NCBI GenBank assembly: GCA_027487815.1
Contig: JAIYCW010000062.1
Location: forward strand, 7,204-71,203
Reading direction: 5' to 3'
DNA length: 64,000 bases
From: Burkholderiales bacterium
Lineage (GTDB): Bacteria; Pseudomonadota; Gammaproteobacteria; Burkholderiales; Burkholderiaceae_E
A program made the translations under genes and the position numbers. The notes under the pieces were generated by a model that did not search any database, was not told the origin of the DNA, and worked only from the letters and a program-made list of their open reading frames with translations. Shown one piece after another: positions 46,468 to 54,075 of the stretch. Numbering within the stretch: position 1 is the first letter of the stretch; each line of letters opens with the position of its first letter.

Positions 46468-47471
46468 CAGTCGTCCTGTGCACCGGTATCGCCGGTGAAC
46501 TCGGTTCGGAAAGCACCCGCCTGCAGACCCTGCTCCTCAAGCCAGCGAATCATCACCGCTTCATAGCCATGGGTAACAATCACCCGCTGCGCGCCAGTAG
46601 CTGCAATTGCTTTTTGCAAACCCGGCCAATCCGCATGATCCGAAAGCACAAAGCCACGATCCAAAGCGCGCCGTCTGCGTGCTCCGCGCAGCAGCATCCA
46701 ACCCGAGGCAAATGCATCCCCGTGCAACCCAAACCGTTTGATCCACGGAGTACTCGCCGCAGAAGGAGGCGCTATAACCAGGGCATTGCGCACGCTGGCC
46801 TTATCGGCAAGTTCAGTGACCGAAAGTGTCGCAGGCAAGCTCACCCCACTTTCGCGATAGGCTTGATTCAAGCCTTGCGCTGAGCCGTGGCAAATGATCG
46901 GGCCTATCGATGCATCAACACCCGCGATGATGCGCTGGGCTTTGCCGAAGGAGTAGCAATAGAGCACGCTCGCTTGCTGTTCGGCCGCATTGCTGCGCCA
47001 CCATTGATTGATCTGCGCAAATACCTCGCTTGAGTCTTGCCATTGATACACCGGCAACCCAAAGGTGCTTTCGGTGATGAAGGTGTGACATGTCACAGGT
47101 TCAAATGCAGCGCAGGTTGGATCCGGATCGAGCTTGTAGTCTCCCGACACCACCCACACCTGCCCGCCCACCTCAATACGAATCTGCGATGACCCCAGCA
47201 CATGGCCTGCCGGAAAAAAGCTCACCTTCGCATCATTGATCGTTAAGGATTCGCCATAAGGCAAGGTCTGCAAATCAATCGCACCCAAGCGTGAGCGCAG
47301 CACCCGCTCGCCAGGTTCGCTCGCCAAATATCGCGCATGACCACTGCGCGCGTGATCGGCATGCGCATGCGTAATCAGTGCCCGATCCACAGGCCGCCAG
47401 GGATCGATGTAGAAATCCCCGGCCGGCACATACAAACCGGCGGGTCTTTCCACCACAAGATCAGCGTTCAT
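46467..47471 (-). CDS. Ligase-associated DNA damage response exonuclease (metallo-beta-lactamase/beta-CASP fold)
   Basis: 334 aa with 'ITHAHADHA' (HxHxDH), a later 'SDHAD', and 'VTHG' at the C-terminus. Confidence 0.8.
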   Translation of the reverse strand: MNADLVVERPAGLYVPAGDFYIDPWRPVDRALITHAHADHARSGHARYLASEPGERVLRSRLGAIDLQTLPYGESLTINDAKVSFFPAGHVLGSSQIRIEVGGQVWVVSGDYKLDPDPTCAAFEPVTCHTFITESTFGLPVYQWQDSSEVFAQINQWWRSNAAEQQASVLYCYSFGKAQRIIAGVDASIGPIICHGSAQGLNQAYRESGVSLPATLSVTELADKASVRNALVIAPPSAASTPWIKRFGLHGDAFASGWMLLRGARRRRALDRGFVLSDHADWPGLQKAIAATGAQRVIVTHGYEAVMIRWLEEQGLQAGAFRTEFTGDTGAQDD

Positions 47472-47495
47472 TTTGATCCAGCGCCACCATTGACC

Positions 47496-47801
47496 TTATT
47501 CAATTTTTTCGAGCCTCTCAACCACAAGCTTTCCACCCTCACTGCGAACCGTGAATCGTACCTTGGAGCCCACCTCCAGCCCATCCAATTGGCTGGCCTG
47601 CCCGACACCAAACACCATCGTCATCGGTGGCATCGCCAGTGACTTGATCTCGCCGTGCCTCAGTGTGATCCGTTTACCCTCACGATCAATACGGCGCACC
47701 TCGCCTTGGGCCATCTCCTCGGGCGCTGCTGGTTGGGCATATGAAAATTCCGCGCAAAGCGAAACTGCTATGCATAAAGCGATCGTAGCTAATTTAGACA
47801 T
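47496..47801 (-). CDS. cusF: CusF-like periplasmic Cu(I)/Ag(I)-binding protein
   Basis: 101 aa with a signal peptide and 'ITLRHGEIKSLAMPPMTMVF', the H/M/M cation-pi site region of CusF. Confidence 0.8.
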   Translation of the reverse strand: MSKLATIALCIAVSLCAEFSYAQPAAPEEMAQGEVRRIDREGKRITLRHGEIKSLAMPPMTMVFGVGQASQLDGLEVGSKVRFTVRSEGGKLVVERLEKIE

Positions 47802-47813
47802 TTCACTTCCTCG

Positions 47814-49235
47814 TTAATGATTGGCATGGCCGCTCTGGCCAGCGGGTTTACGAACCTGAACTTCCATGGTGGTTTTTGGCTTCACCACCTGAGGCATGGA
47901 GCCAGCGCCCTGTGCCGCAAGGCGGGCGGGATCAGGCAGAGCACCGGTCCATTCAAAGGCCACCTCGCCTGCCGGATGCTTGTACCACCCGGGATCGGAG
48001 TAATCACCCGGCTTCTGATCCTTACGCACTTTGAGCACGGAAAACATGCCACCCATTTCAACCGACCCAAATGGTCCCGAGCCCGTCATCATGGGTATCG
48101 TGTTATCCGGCAATGGCATCTCCATCTCGGCCATATCTGCCATGCCGCGCTCCCCCATGACCATATAGTCCGGGATAAGTTTGGTGATTGTCCTCACCAC
48201 CTCCCGATGATCCACGCCAATCATGGTCGGCACATCATGCCCCATGGCATTCATGGTGTGATGACTCTTATGGCAATGAAAGGCCCAGTCACCGGGCTCA
48301 TTGGCCACAAACTCGATTTGCCTCATTTGCCCGACTGCGATGTCCGTCGTCACCTCATACCACCGGCTCTGCTTGGGTGTGGGGCCACCATCGGTGCCCG
48401 TTACGAGAAACTCATGGCCATGCAGATGAATCGGATGGTTGGTCATGGTGAGATTTCCGATGCGGATGCGTACCTTGTCATTGAGCCGTACATTCAATGA
48501 GTCAATACCCGGAAAGATGCGGCTGTTCCAGGACCAGAGATTGAAGTCGAGCATGGTCATGATCTTGGGTGTGTAGGCGCCCGGCTCGATGTCATAGGCA
48601 TTGAGCAGAAAACAAAAGTCACGCTGTACCTCATCAATCAGGGGATGTTTACCTTTGGGATGGGTAATCCAGAACCCCATCATGCCCATCGCCATCTGCA
48701 CCATCTCATCAGCATGCGGGTGATACATGAACGTCCCCGGGCGCCGCGCCACGAATTCATAGACAAAGGTTTTGCCCGGAGAAATCGCGGGTTGCGTCAG
48801 ACCACTCACGCCATCCATCCCGTTGGGCAATCGCTGGCCGTGCCAATGAATCGAAGTGTGCTCTGGCAGCCTATTGGTGACAAAAATTCGCACCCGGTCG
48901 CCCTCAACAACTTCAATAGTCGGGCCGGGAGACTGGCCGTTATAGCCCCATAAGTGCGCTTTCATACCGGGCGCCATTTCACGCACCACTGGCTCGGCCA
49001 CAAGATGAAACTCCTTGACCCCCTGATTCATTCGCCAGGGCAAGGTCCAACCGTTTAGGGTCACCACCGGGTTGTAGGGTTGACCGGTGGCGGGCATAAG
49101 CGGGGGCATCGTGTCGGCTCGTGTTTGGATCACCGGTTCTGGCAAAGCAGCCATAGCGACTTTGTTGACCATGGCCAAACTGGCGGCGGTCGTAATCATT
49201 CCGGCCCCTTGAAGAAACTGTCTTCGCTGATTCAT
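47814..49235 (-). CDS. Tat-exported multicopper oxidase
   Basis: Twin-arginine signal 'MNQRRQFLQGAG'. Copper-centre motifs are 'IHWHG', 'YHPH', 'HPIHLHGH' and 'HCHKSHHTMNAMG'. There is a Met-rich segment 'GMADMAEMEMP...MMTG'. Confidence 0.85.
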   Translation of the reverse strand: MNQRRQFLQGAGMITTAASLAMVNKVAMAALPEPVIQTRADTMPPLMPATGQPYNPVVTLNGWTLPWRMNQGVKEFHLVAEPVVREMAPGMKAHLWGYNGQSPGPTIEVVEGDRVRIFVTNRLPEHTSIHWHGQRLPNGMDGVSGLTQPAISPGKTFVYEFVARRPGTFMYHPHADEMVQMAMGMMGFWITHPKGKHPLIDEVQRDFCFLLNAYDIEPGAYTPKIMTMLDFNLWSWNSRIFPGIDSLNVRLNDKVRIRIGNLTMTNHPIHLHGHEFLVTGTDGGPTPKQSRWYEVTTDIAVGQMRQIEFVANEPGDWAFHCHKSHHTMNAMGHDVPTMIGVDHREVVRTITKLIPDYMVMGERGMADMAEMEMPLPDNTIPMMTGSGPFGSVEMGGMFSVLKVRKDQKPGDYSDPGWYKHPAGEVAFEWTGALPDPARLAAQGAGSMPQVVKPKTTMEVQVRKPAGQSGHANH

Positions 49236-49254
49236 GGAATTACTTTCGGAAAAT

Positions 49255-50673
49255 TTAGTGAGCTGGCGCTGATCCGCCACTGGAAGGCGGCGCGCTAATT
49301 GCTCGGGATAGATTGGGTTTACCGATCATGGCCATCTCGAGGTCGGCCTGGGCAAGCCAGAAATCGCGCTGTGCTTCTATCGCACCGCTAACGCTGATGA
49401 TTTGCGAGCGTGCATCTGCCAGCAGCTCAAATACGCCGATCAGCATGCCGTTGTAGCGCAGCAGGTTTTCATCGCTGATCCGCTTTTTTAAAGGCACAAC
49501 TTCATCGCGATAATGACGGGCCATGTCATGGGCCAGGCGATAACGCAGATAAGCTTCGCGAACCTCAGAGCGCGCCTCCACGACCATCTGAGCAGTAACA
49601 TCCAGCGCTTGCCTATAGACCGCTTCGGCGCGTGCGATTCGGGCACCACCCCAATCGAATAGTGGCACTTCGAAAGCAATCTCGAACCCTTTCTTGTAGG
49701 TATCGCCGCGTTGGCCCTCCAGCACTCGCGCTGGGCCGAGTTCAAGCACATTGATCCATCGGGTAGTGCGTGTCAGGCCAAGATTGGCTGCCAGGGCTTG
49801 CACCTGGGAGCGCACCTGTTGCAGATCAATGCGTTGCTCAAGGGCAATACGCTCCACCTCGGGTTGATCCGGAGCTTGTGCAGGCACATCGGGCAATCGG
49901 TCCGGAAGTTTGAGCAAAGCAACTCCTGCAGCAAGCCCCAGTGTGCGGGCCAGATGTTCACGCGCACTGATGGCAGCTTGCTCAGCACGTCCAACATTGA
50001 GCATTGCATCGGCGTAAAACGATTGCTCGCGGGCTTGCTGAAGCTTGCTGAAATTGCCGACGTTTGCCATGCGCCTGGCCAGCTGCGCACTGGCCTGCGC
50101 TGCATCGGCCACCTGCCTGGAATACTGCAGCACCTGGTTTTGGGCCACTGCGTTGTAGAACGCCTTGCGTGATTCCGAGGCAAGCCTCAGCATTTCCAGG
50201 GCCACCATATTCTGCGTGGATTGCATGCGACGACGCTCAATCTCAATGCGCTGAGGCATAAAAACCAACGCAAAGATGTTGAGGGTTAACGCCTGCTCAA
50301 TCTTGAATTCGCGCACGCCCGACTCAAGCTTGCTGGCCCGCAACATCGAAAAGTGCGGGTTGGGCAGGCGGCTTGCCGCCACCAGATCCGCTTGCGCAAT
50401 TTGAAGATCGGCATAGGCCGCCTGCAGGCCCCGGTTGTTCAGCAAGGCCACTTGAACCGCAGTCTCAGCCGTTATGGGTTGCACCAGAAGCTCATCAATC
50501 CGGCGCTCGACCGCGCTGCGTTGCTCAGAGTCCTTGCTCCAGGTGATGTTTTGCCCCAGCTGAGTCTTGGCGATATTGCGCACAGGTTCAAAGCTGTCTT
50601 CGGGGTTCAAGCTCGCACAGCCGCCGATCTGAGCTAAGGCAACGACTGCTATCAAACAACGAGTGCTCTTCAT
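49255..50673 (-). CDS. TolC/NodT-family outer membrane efflux lipoprotein
   Basis: Lipobox 'AQIGGC' and two OEP repeats, about 472 aa. The ATG at 50673 is preceded by GGAGG and overlaps the upstream stop (ATGA). Confidence 0.85.
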   Translation of the reverse strand: MKSTRCLIAVVALAQIGGCASLNPEDSFEPVRNIAKTQLGQNITWSKDSEQRSAVERRIDELLVQPITAETAVQVALLNNRGLQAAYADLQIAQADLVAASRLPNPHFSMLRASKLESGVREFKIEQALTLNIFALVFMPQRIEIERRRMQSTQNMVALEMLRLASESRKAFYNAVAQNQVLQYSRQVADAAQASAQLARRMANVGNFSKLQQAREQSFYADAMLNVGRAEQAAISAREHLARTLGLAAGVALLKLPDRLPDVPAQAPDQPEVERIALEQRIDLQQVRSQVQALAANLGLTRTTRWINVLELGPARVLEGQRGDTYKKGFEIAFEVPLFDWGGARIARAEAVYRQALDVTAQMVVEARSEVREAYLRYRLAHDMARHYRDEVVPLKKRISDENLLRYNGMLIGVFELLADARSQIISVSGAIEAQRDFWLAQADLEMAMIGKPNLSRAISAPPSSGGSAPAH

Positions 50674-51056
50674 GGCTTGCCTCCATGATTGACACAATCC
50701 GACTCACTGGCGGGATTTTTCTTGGCGGCCGGTGAAGCCGATTCGGGCCACTGGTTCGGCGCTGGTGCCGTCTGCGAATCTGAAGTCTGGGCTTCGCGCG
50801 CATAGGCCCGCCATCCGCCGATATTTCCGACCTTATTTACTGCCTCCCTCCACGATCCCACAGGTTCGTCCCGCCAAGCTTCGTACGCATTTAACGGCGA
50901 CTGATAGGTGAGCGGGGCAATCGTGTGGCTTCCAGGCGGGCACAGAGGCGATGCGTACAGCACCGAATACGTGCTTACTGCAAAAACACCAACAAGGTAT
51001 TGCAGACATAAGCGGTGGTTTGGGCGCGTTGAGGCGCACCGGGGTAATACAACCAT
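50670..51056 (-). CDS. Hypothetical exported protein, first gene of the TolC-MCO-CusF unit
   Basis: About 128 aa with a signal-like N-terminus and the motif 'YEAWRDEPVGSWREAVNKVGNIGGWRAYAREA'. It is translationally coupled to the TolC gene. I cannot assign a family name with confidence. Confidence 0.45.
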   Translation of the reverse strand: MVVLPRCASTRPNHRLCLQYLVGVFAVSTYSVLYASPLCPPGSHTIAPLTYQSPLNAYEAWRDEPVGSWREAVNKVGNIGGWRAYAREAQTSDSQTAPAPNQWPESASPAAKKNPASESDCVNHGGKP

Positions 51057-51161
51057 GATCACTCCAAAGGTTGATAAATGCAGTGAATGCAGCCGGTGCG
51101 AGCACGGCCTGCAGTCAGGGCGATGGACTAAGACCCATCGCTTGGCAAATACTCGATAGTG

Positions 51162-51536
51162 CTAGCTTCGAGGAGGAGGATCAGGTTGTTCGGCTAAAAA
51201 GCTGACAAAGGGATCAGCGGGCCGGCTCTGGCGCGGAAAAGTGCTTTTGAAGGCAACCCATTCGAACATCGATACCAGGAGCCCGGAGCCTACACAGCAA
51301 AGCGCACAAACACTACAGCGCAAATCCGCTTGGCCTGAATCATCGCTTGGAAGAGCGGGCGATGCCTGTGCATGATGCGAAGAATGGTCATGCATCGAGT
51401 GATTTTGATGCGAAACAGATTGACTGGTCTTGATAGCTTCTGTCCGGCAGTGGGCTTTGGACACAGCGGCGAAGCCCTGCACAGGCACTACCGCCAGCAG
51501 GAGCGAGCACAACAGCCGATGCAGGAAAGTTCGCAT
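51162..51536 (-). CDS. Hypothetical His/Cys-rich exported or membrane protein (DUF2946-like?)
   Basis: 124 aa with a signal peptide, the His cluster 'HQNHSMHDHSSHH', 'CSVCALCCVG' in a hydrophobic segment, and a Pro-rich C-terminus. Confidence 0.45.
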   Translation of the reverse strand: MRTFLHRLLCSLLLAVVPVQGFAAVSKAHCRTEAIKTSQSVSHQNHSMHDHSSHHAQASPALPSDDSGQADLRCSVCALCCVGSGLLVSMFEWVAFKSTFPRQSRPADPFVSFLAEQPDPPPRS

Positions 51537-51578
51537 AAGTCGAGCATATCACCGCTAATCGGCTTTGGTGCGTGCGCT

Positions 51579-52823
51579 CTAGTACCGACCGCCCAAACCG
51601 GTCAGTGCCATACCCACCCGCAGCAGGCCATAGGCAAAACCATGCATCCAACGCACTGGCCATGGGCGAGCTTCGTGATGCTTGAGCGCAATCGGCTGGC
51701 CGCCTTGCGCAATCGCCTGCTCCAGCTGCTCGCGCAAACGCGCCGCAAATGGTGCGGCAACCACCATTACGTTGGCCTCACGCGCAAGCAATAGTGAAAA
51801 AGGATCAATGTTTGAGGAGCCTACCGTGCACCAATCGTCAATCACAGCAACCTTGGCATGCAGGAAACTGGGGCGATACTCAACAATCTCTATCCCGGCC
51901 CGAAGCAATTCATCGTACATCGCTTGTGAAGCATAGTGCTGCAAGGGATATTCAACCTTGCCCTGGAGCAGTAAGCGCACCCGAACGCCGCGCTGGCGGG
52001 CCGCTAAAAGTGCAGCTCGGAACCGCTGCCCGGGAAAAAAGTAGGCATTGGCAATCAGAATGTCCTTGCGGGCACGCCCCAGTGCGCGAAGATACAAGCG
52101 CTCTATCGTGCGCCTGAAACGCAGGTTGTCGCGCACCACAAACATCGCGCGGTAGCGCCCCAGGGCGCCCACCTCAGAACGAGTCTCGCTGGGCAGCTTC
52201 AAGGGCTCGCGACTCAGCCTTTGCACCAGCCCCACTTCCCACCACAAGCGGGTCACGGCCAAGTGAACCTTCGCAACCAGCGGCCCCTGAACACGTACCG
52301 CAAAATCAAATCGAGGGGCCTCAAGCGCGCCATGATTTGGGTCGTAAAAATCATCCAGCACATTGATGCCGCCTACAAAAGCCACAGCGCCATCCACCAC
52401 GCATAACTTACGGTGCAAGCGACGCAGGCGTTGGCGATCCAAACTCCAGCGGCTCCGATCCGGCCGATACACCCGCGTTTGCACAGCCGAACCCGCAAGC
52501 ACTTGGGCCACTGCCCCGCTCAGCGCCCGGGTGCCAAAGCCGTCTACCATCAAGTGCACCAGCACGCCGCGCGCAGACGCATCACGCAAAGCAATAGCAA
52601 CGCGCAAGCCCGAGGCATCATCTTCAAAAATATAGGTCTCGAGATAAACAGACTCACGCGCAGCAGCGATGGCCTTTTCAAGCGCGGGAAAAAACTCTGC
52701 GCCATTACACAAAAGCTCAATCTCGTGACCCGGCTGCAATACCGGCTTAAGGCTTTGATACCAAGCGTCAGCTACCATCCGGCGCACGCCCACGGATGAC
52801 TTGGGGGCAGGCGCGGCAGACAT
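51579..52823 (-). CDS. clsB: Cardiolipin synthase B (phospholipase D family)
   Basis: Two HKD motifs, 'HRKLCVVDGAVAFVGGIN' and 'LHAKVAVIDDWCTVGSSN'. About 414 aa with no N-terminal TM. It lies downstream of an EEP gene, as in the E. coli ybhP-clsB arrangement. Confidence 0.85.
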   Translation of the reverse strand: MSAAPAPKSSVGVRRMVADAWYQSLKPVLQPGHEIELLCNGAEFFPALEKAIAAARESVYLETYIFEDDASGLRVAIALRDASARGVLVHLMVDGFGTRALSGAVAQVLAGSAVQTRVYRPDRSRWSLDRQRLRRLHRKLCVVDGAVAFVGGINVLDDFYDPNHGALEAPRFDFAVRVQGPLVAKVHLAVTRLWWEVGLVQRLSREPLKLPSETRSEVGALGRYRAMFVVRDNLRFRRTIERLYLRALGRARKDILIANAYFFPGQRFRAALLAARQRGVRVRLLLQGKVEYPLQHYASQAMYDELLRAGIEIVEYRPSFLHAKVAVIDDWCTVGSSNIDPFSLLLAREANVMVVAAPFAARLREQLEQAIAQGGQPIALKHHEARPWPVRWMHGFAYGLLRVGMALTGLGGRY

Positions 52824-52826
52824 CGA

Positions 52827-53615
52827 TCAGGCCAGGATCAGGTCAGCCACAACCGGGCTGTGATCGGATAGCCTGGCCCACAGCGGTCCACGCAACACCT
52901 TAGCCTGCTCGACCTTAAAGCCTCGCTGATATATGCGGTCCATCGCGAGCCATGGCACCAGCGCTGGAAAAGTGCGGGCGGGGCGCGGCGAATTGCGCGA
53001 TTGGGCAAACACTTCCTCGGCACCGAGGGTGCTGGTGATGATCGCGCTCAAATGGTTTCGCCAATCATTGAAGTCTCCCGCAATCAATAATGGAGCTTCG
53101 GGCGGAGTCACCTCGGCAATCCATTGCACCAGAGCCTGGGCCTGACGCTGGCGGCTTTTGGCCAGCAATCCAAAATGCACAACAAAACAATGCACCGCTA
53201 CGCCTTCAAATGCAATCACGCAGTGCAACACGCCCCGCTTCTCAAGCGCATGATCGGAAAAATCGCGATTCTCCTTGCTTAGTACCTCATGGCGCGAAAG
53301 CAAAGCGTTGCCATGATGCCCATGCAAGTAATTTGCATTGCGGCCATACACCGCTTGATAGGCGGGACCGGGGATATGCCCGGCATAGGTAGTCGGCGCT
53401 TGGGCCAAAAACTCATCTTGCGCTTGTGCTGGCCATTGCTCAAAGCGCTTGGCATGCCGGTCATTGCGCCCCTGCACCTCCTGCAGAAAAATCAGGTCGG
53501 CATGCAGATCATGCAAGCGATCACGCAGCTCATGAATACGCGAAATTTGGCGTAAACCAAACAACTCGCGCCACACGCCTTTATGAATGTTGTAACTGGC
53601 CACCCGCAGATTCAT
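52827..53615 (-). CDS. Endonuclease/exonuclease/phosphatase family protein (YbhP-like)
   Basis: 262 aa with 'VASYNIHKG', 'IFLQEV', 'GDFNDW', 'SDHSPV'. Confidence 0.8.
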   Translation of the reverse strand: MNLRVASYNIHKGVWRELFGLRQISRIHELRDRLHDLHADLIFLQEVQGRNDRHAKRFEQWPAQAQDEFLAQAPTTYAGHIPGPAYQAVYGRNANYLHGHHGNALLSRHEVLSKENRDFSDHALEKRGVLHCVIAFEGVAVHCFVVHFGLLAKSRQRQAQALVQWIAEVTPPEAPLLIAGDFNDWRNHLSAIITSTLGAEEVFAQSRNSPRPARTFPALVPWLAMDRIYQRGFKVEQAKVLRGPLWARLSDHSPVVADLILA

Positions 53616-54070
53616 ACGGGGCGCAACATCAGCCTTTGTGGCAACTGGCGAATCGCCTGCGCATTACTCCAGGAGAAGCATTTCTCAGCAGCCTGCTCCC
53701 AGGGCAACCATTGATACTGCAAATGCTCTCGTGGCGCGAGATTGACTGGCATCGGCTCTGGAAGAAGCAATCCGAACACATACTCGGTGTTGTGGGTCAC
53801 ACCCTCGGGATACCGATGACGCCAATGGGCGAAAATCTCATATTGGTTCTGGACCTGCCAATCGGTCAGACTGAAGGCCTCGGCATCCAGGCCGGTTTCC
53901 TCCTGCACTTCACGCACGCAGGTCAGGCGCGAAGGCTCATCCAGAGCATCCTTGCTGCCAGTGACCGATTGCCAAAACCCCGGATGATCAGCCCGCTCAA
54001 GCAACAAGACCTGAGCATCGGCTGTGTGTATCACCACCAAAACCGATTCGGGGATTTTGGTGCCAGGCAT
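53612..54070 (-). CDS. nudB: Nudix hydrolase, dihydroneopterin triphosphate diphosphatase-like
   Basis: Nudix box 'GSKDALDEPSRLTCVREVQEETGL'. 152 aa, immediately downstream of aspS. Confidence 0.7.
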   Translation of the reverse strand: MPGTKIPESVLVVIHTADAQVLLLERADHPGFWQSVTGSKDALDEPSRLTCVREVQEETGLDAEAFSLTDWQVQNQYEIFAHWRHRYPEGVTHNTEYVFGLLLPEPMPVNLAPREHLQYQWLPWEQAAEKCFSWSNAQAIRQLPQRLMLRPV

Positions 54071-54075
54071 CTGCG

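Noticed and set aside
47817-48500. 227-aa ORF on the + strand
   Set aside because: It is antisense to the multicopper oxidase gene. Its His-rich appearance is the reverse-complement echo of the MCO's Met/His codons, not an independent metal-binding protein.
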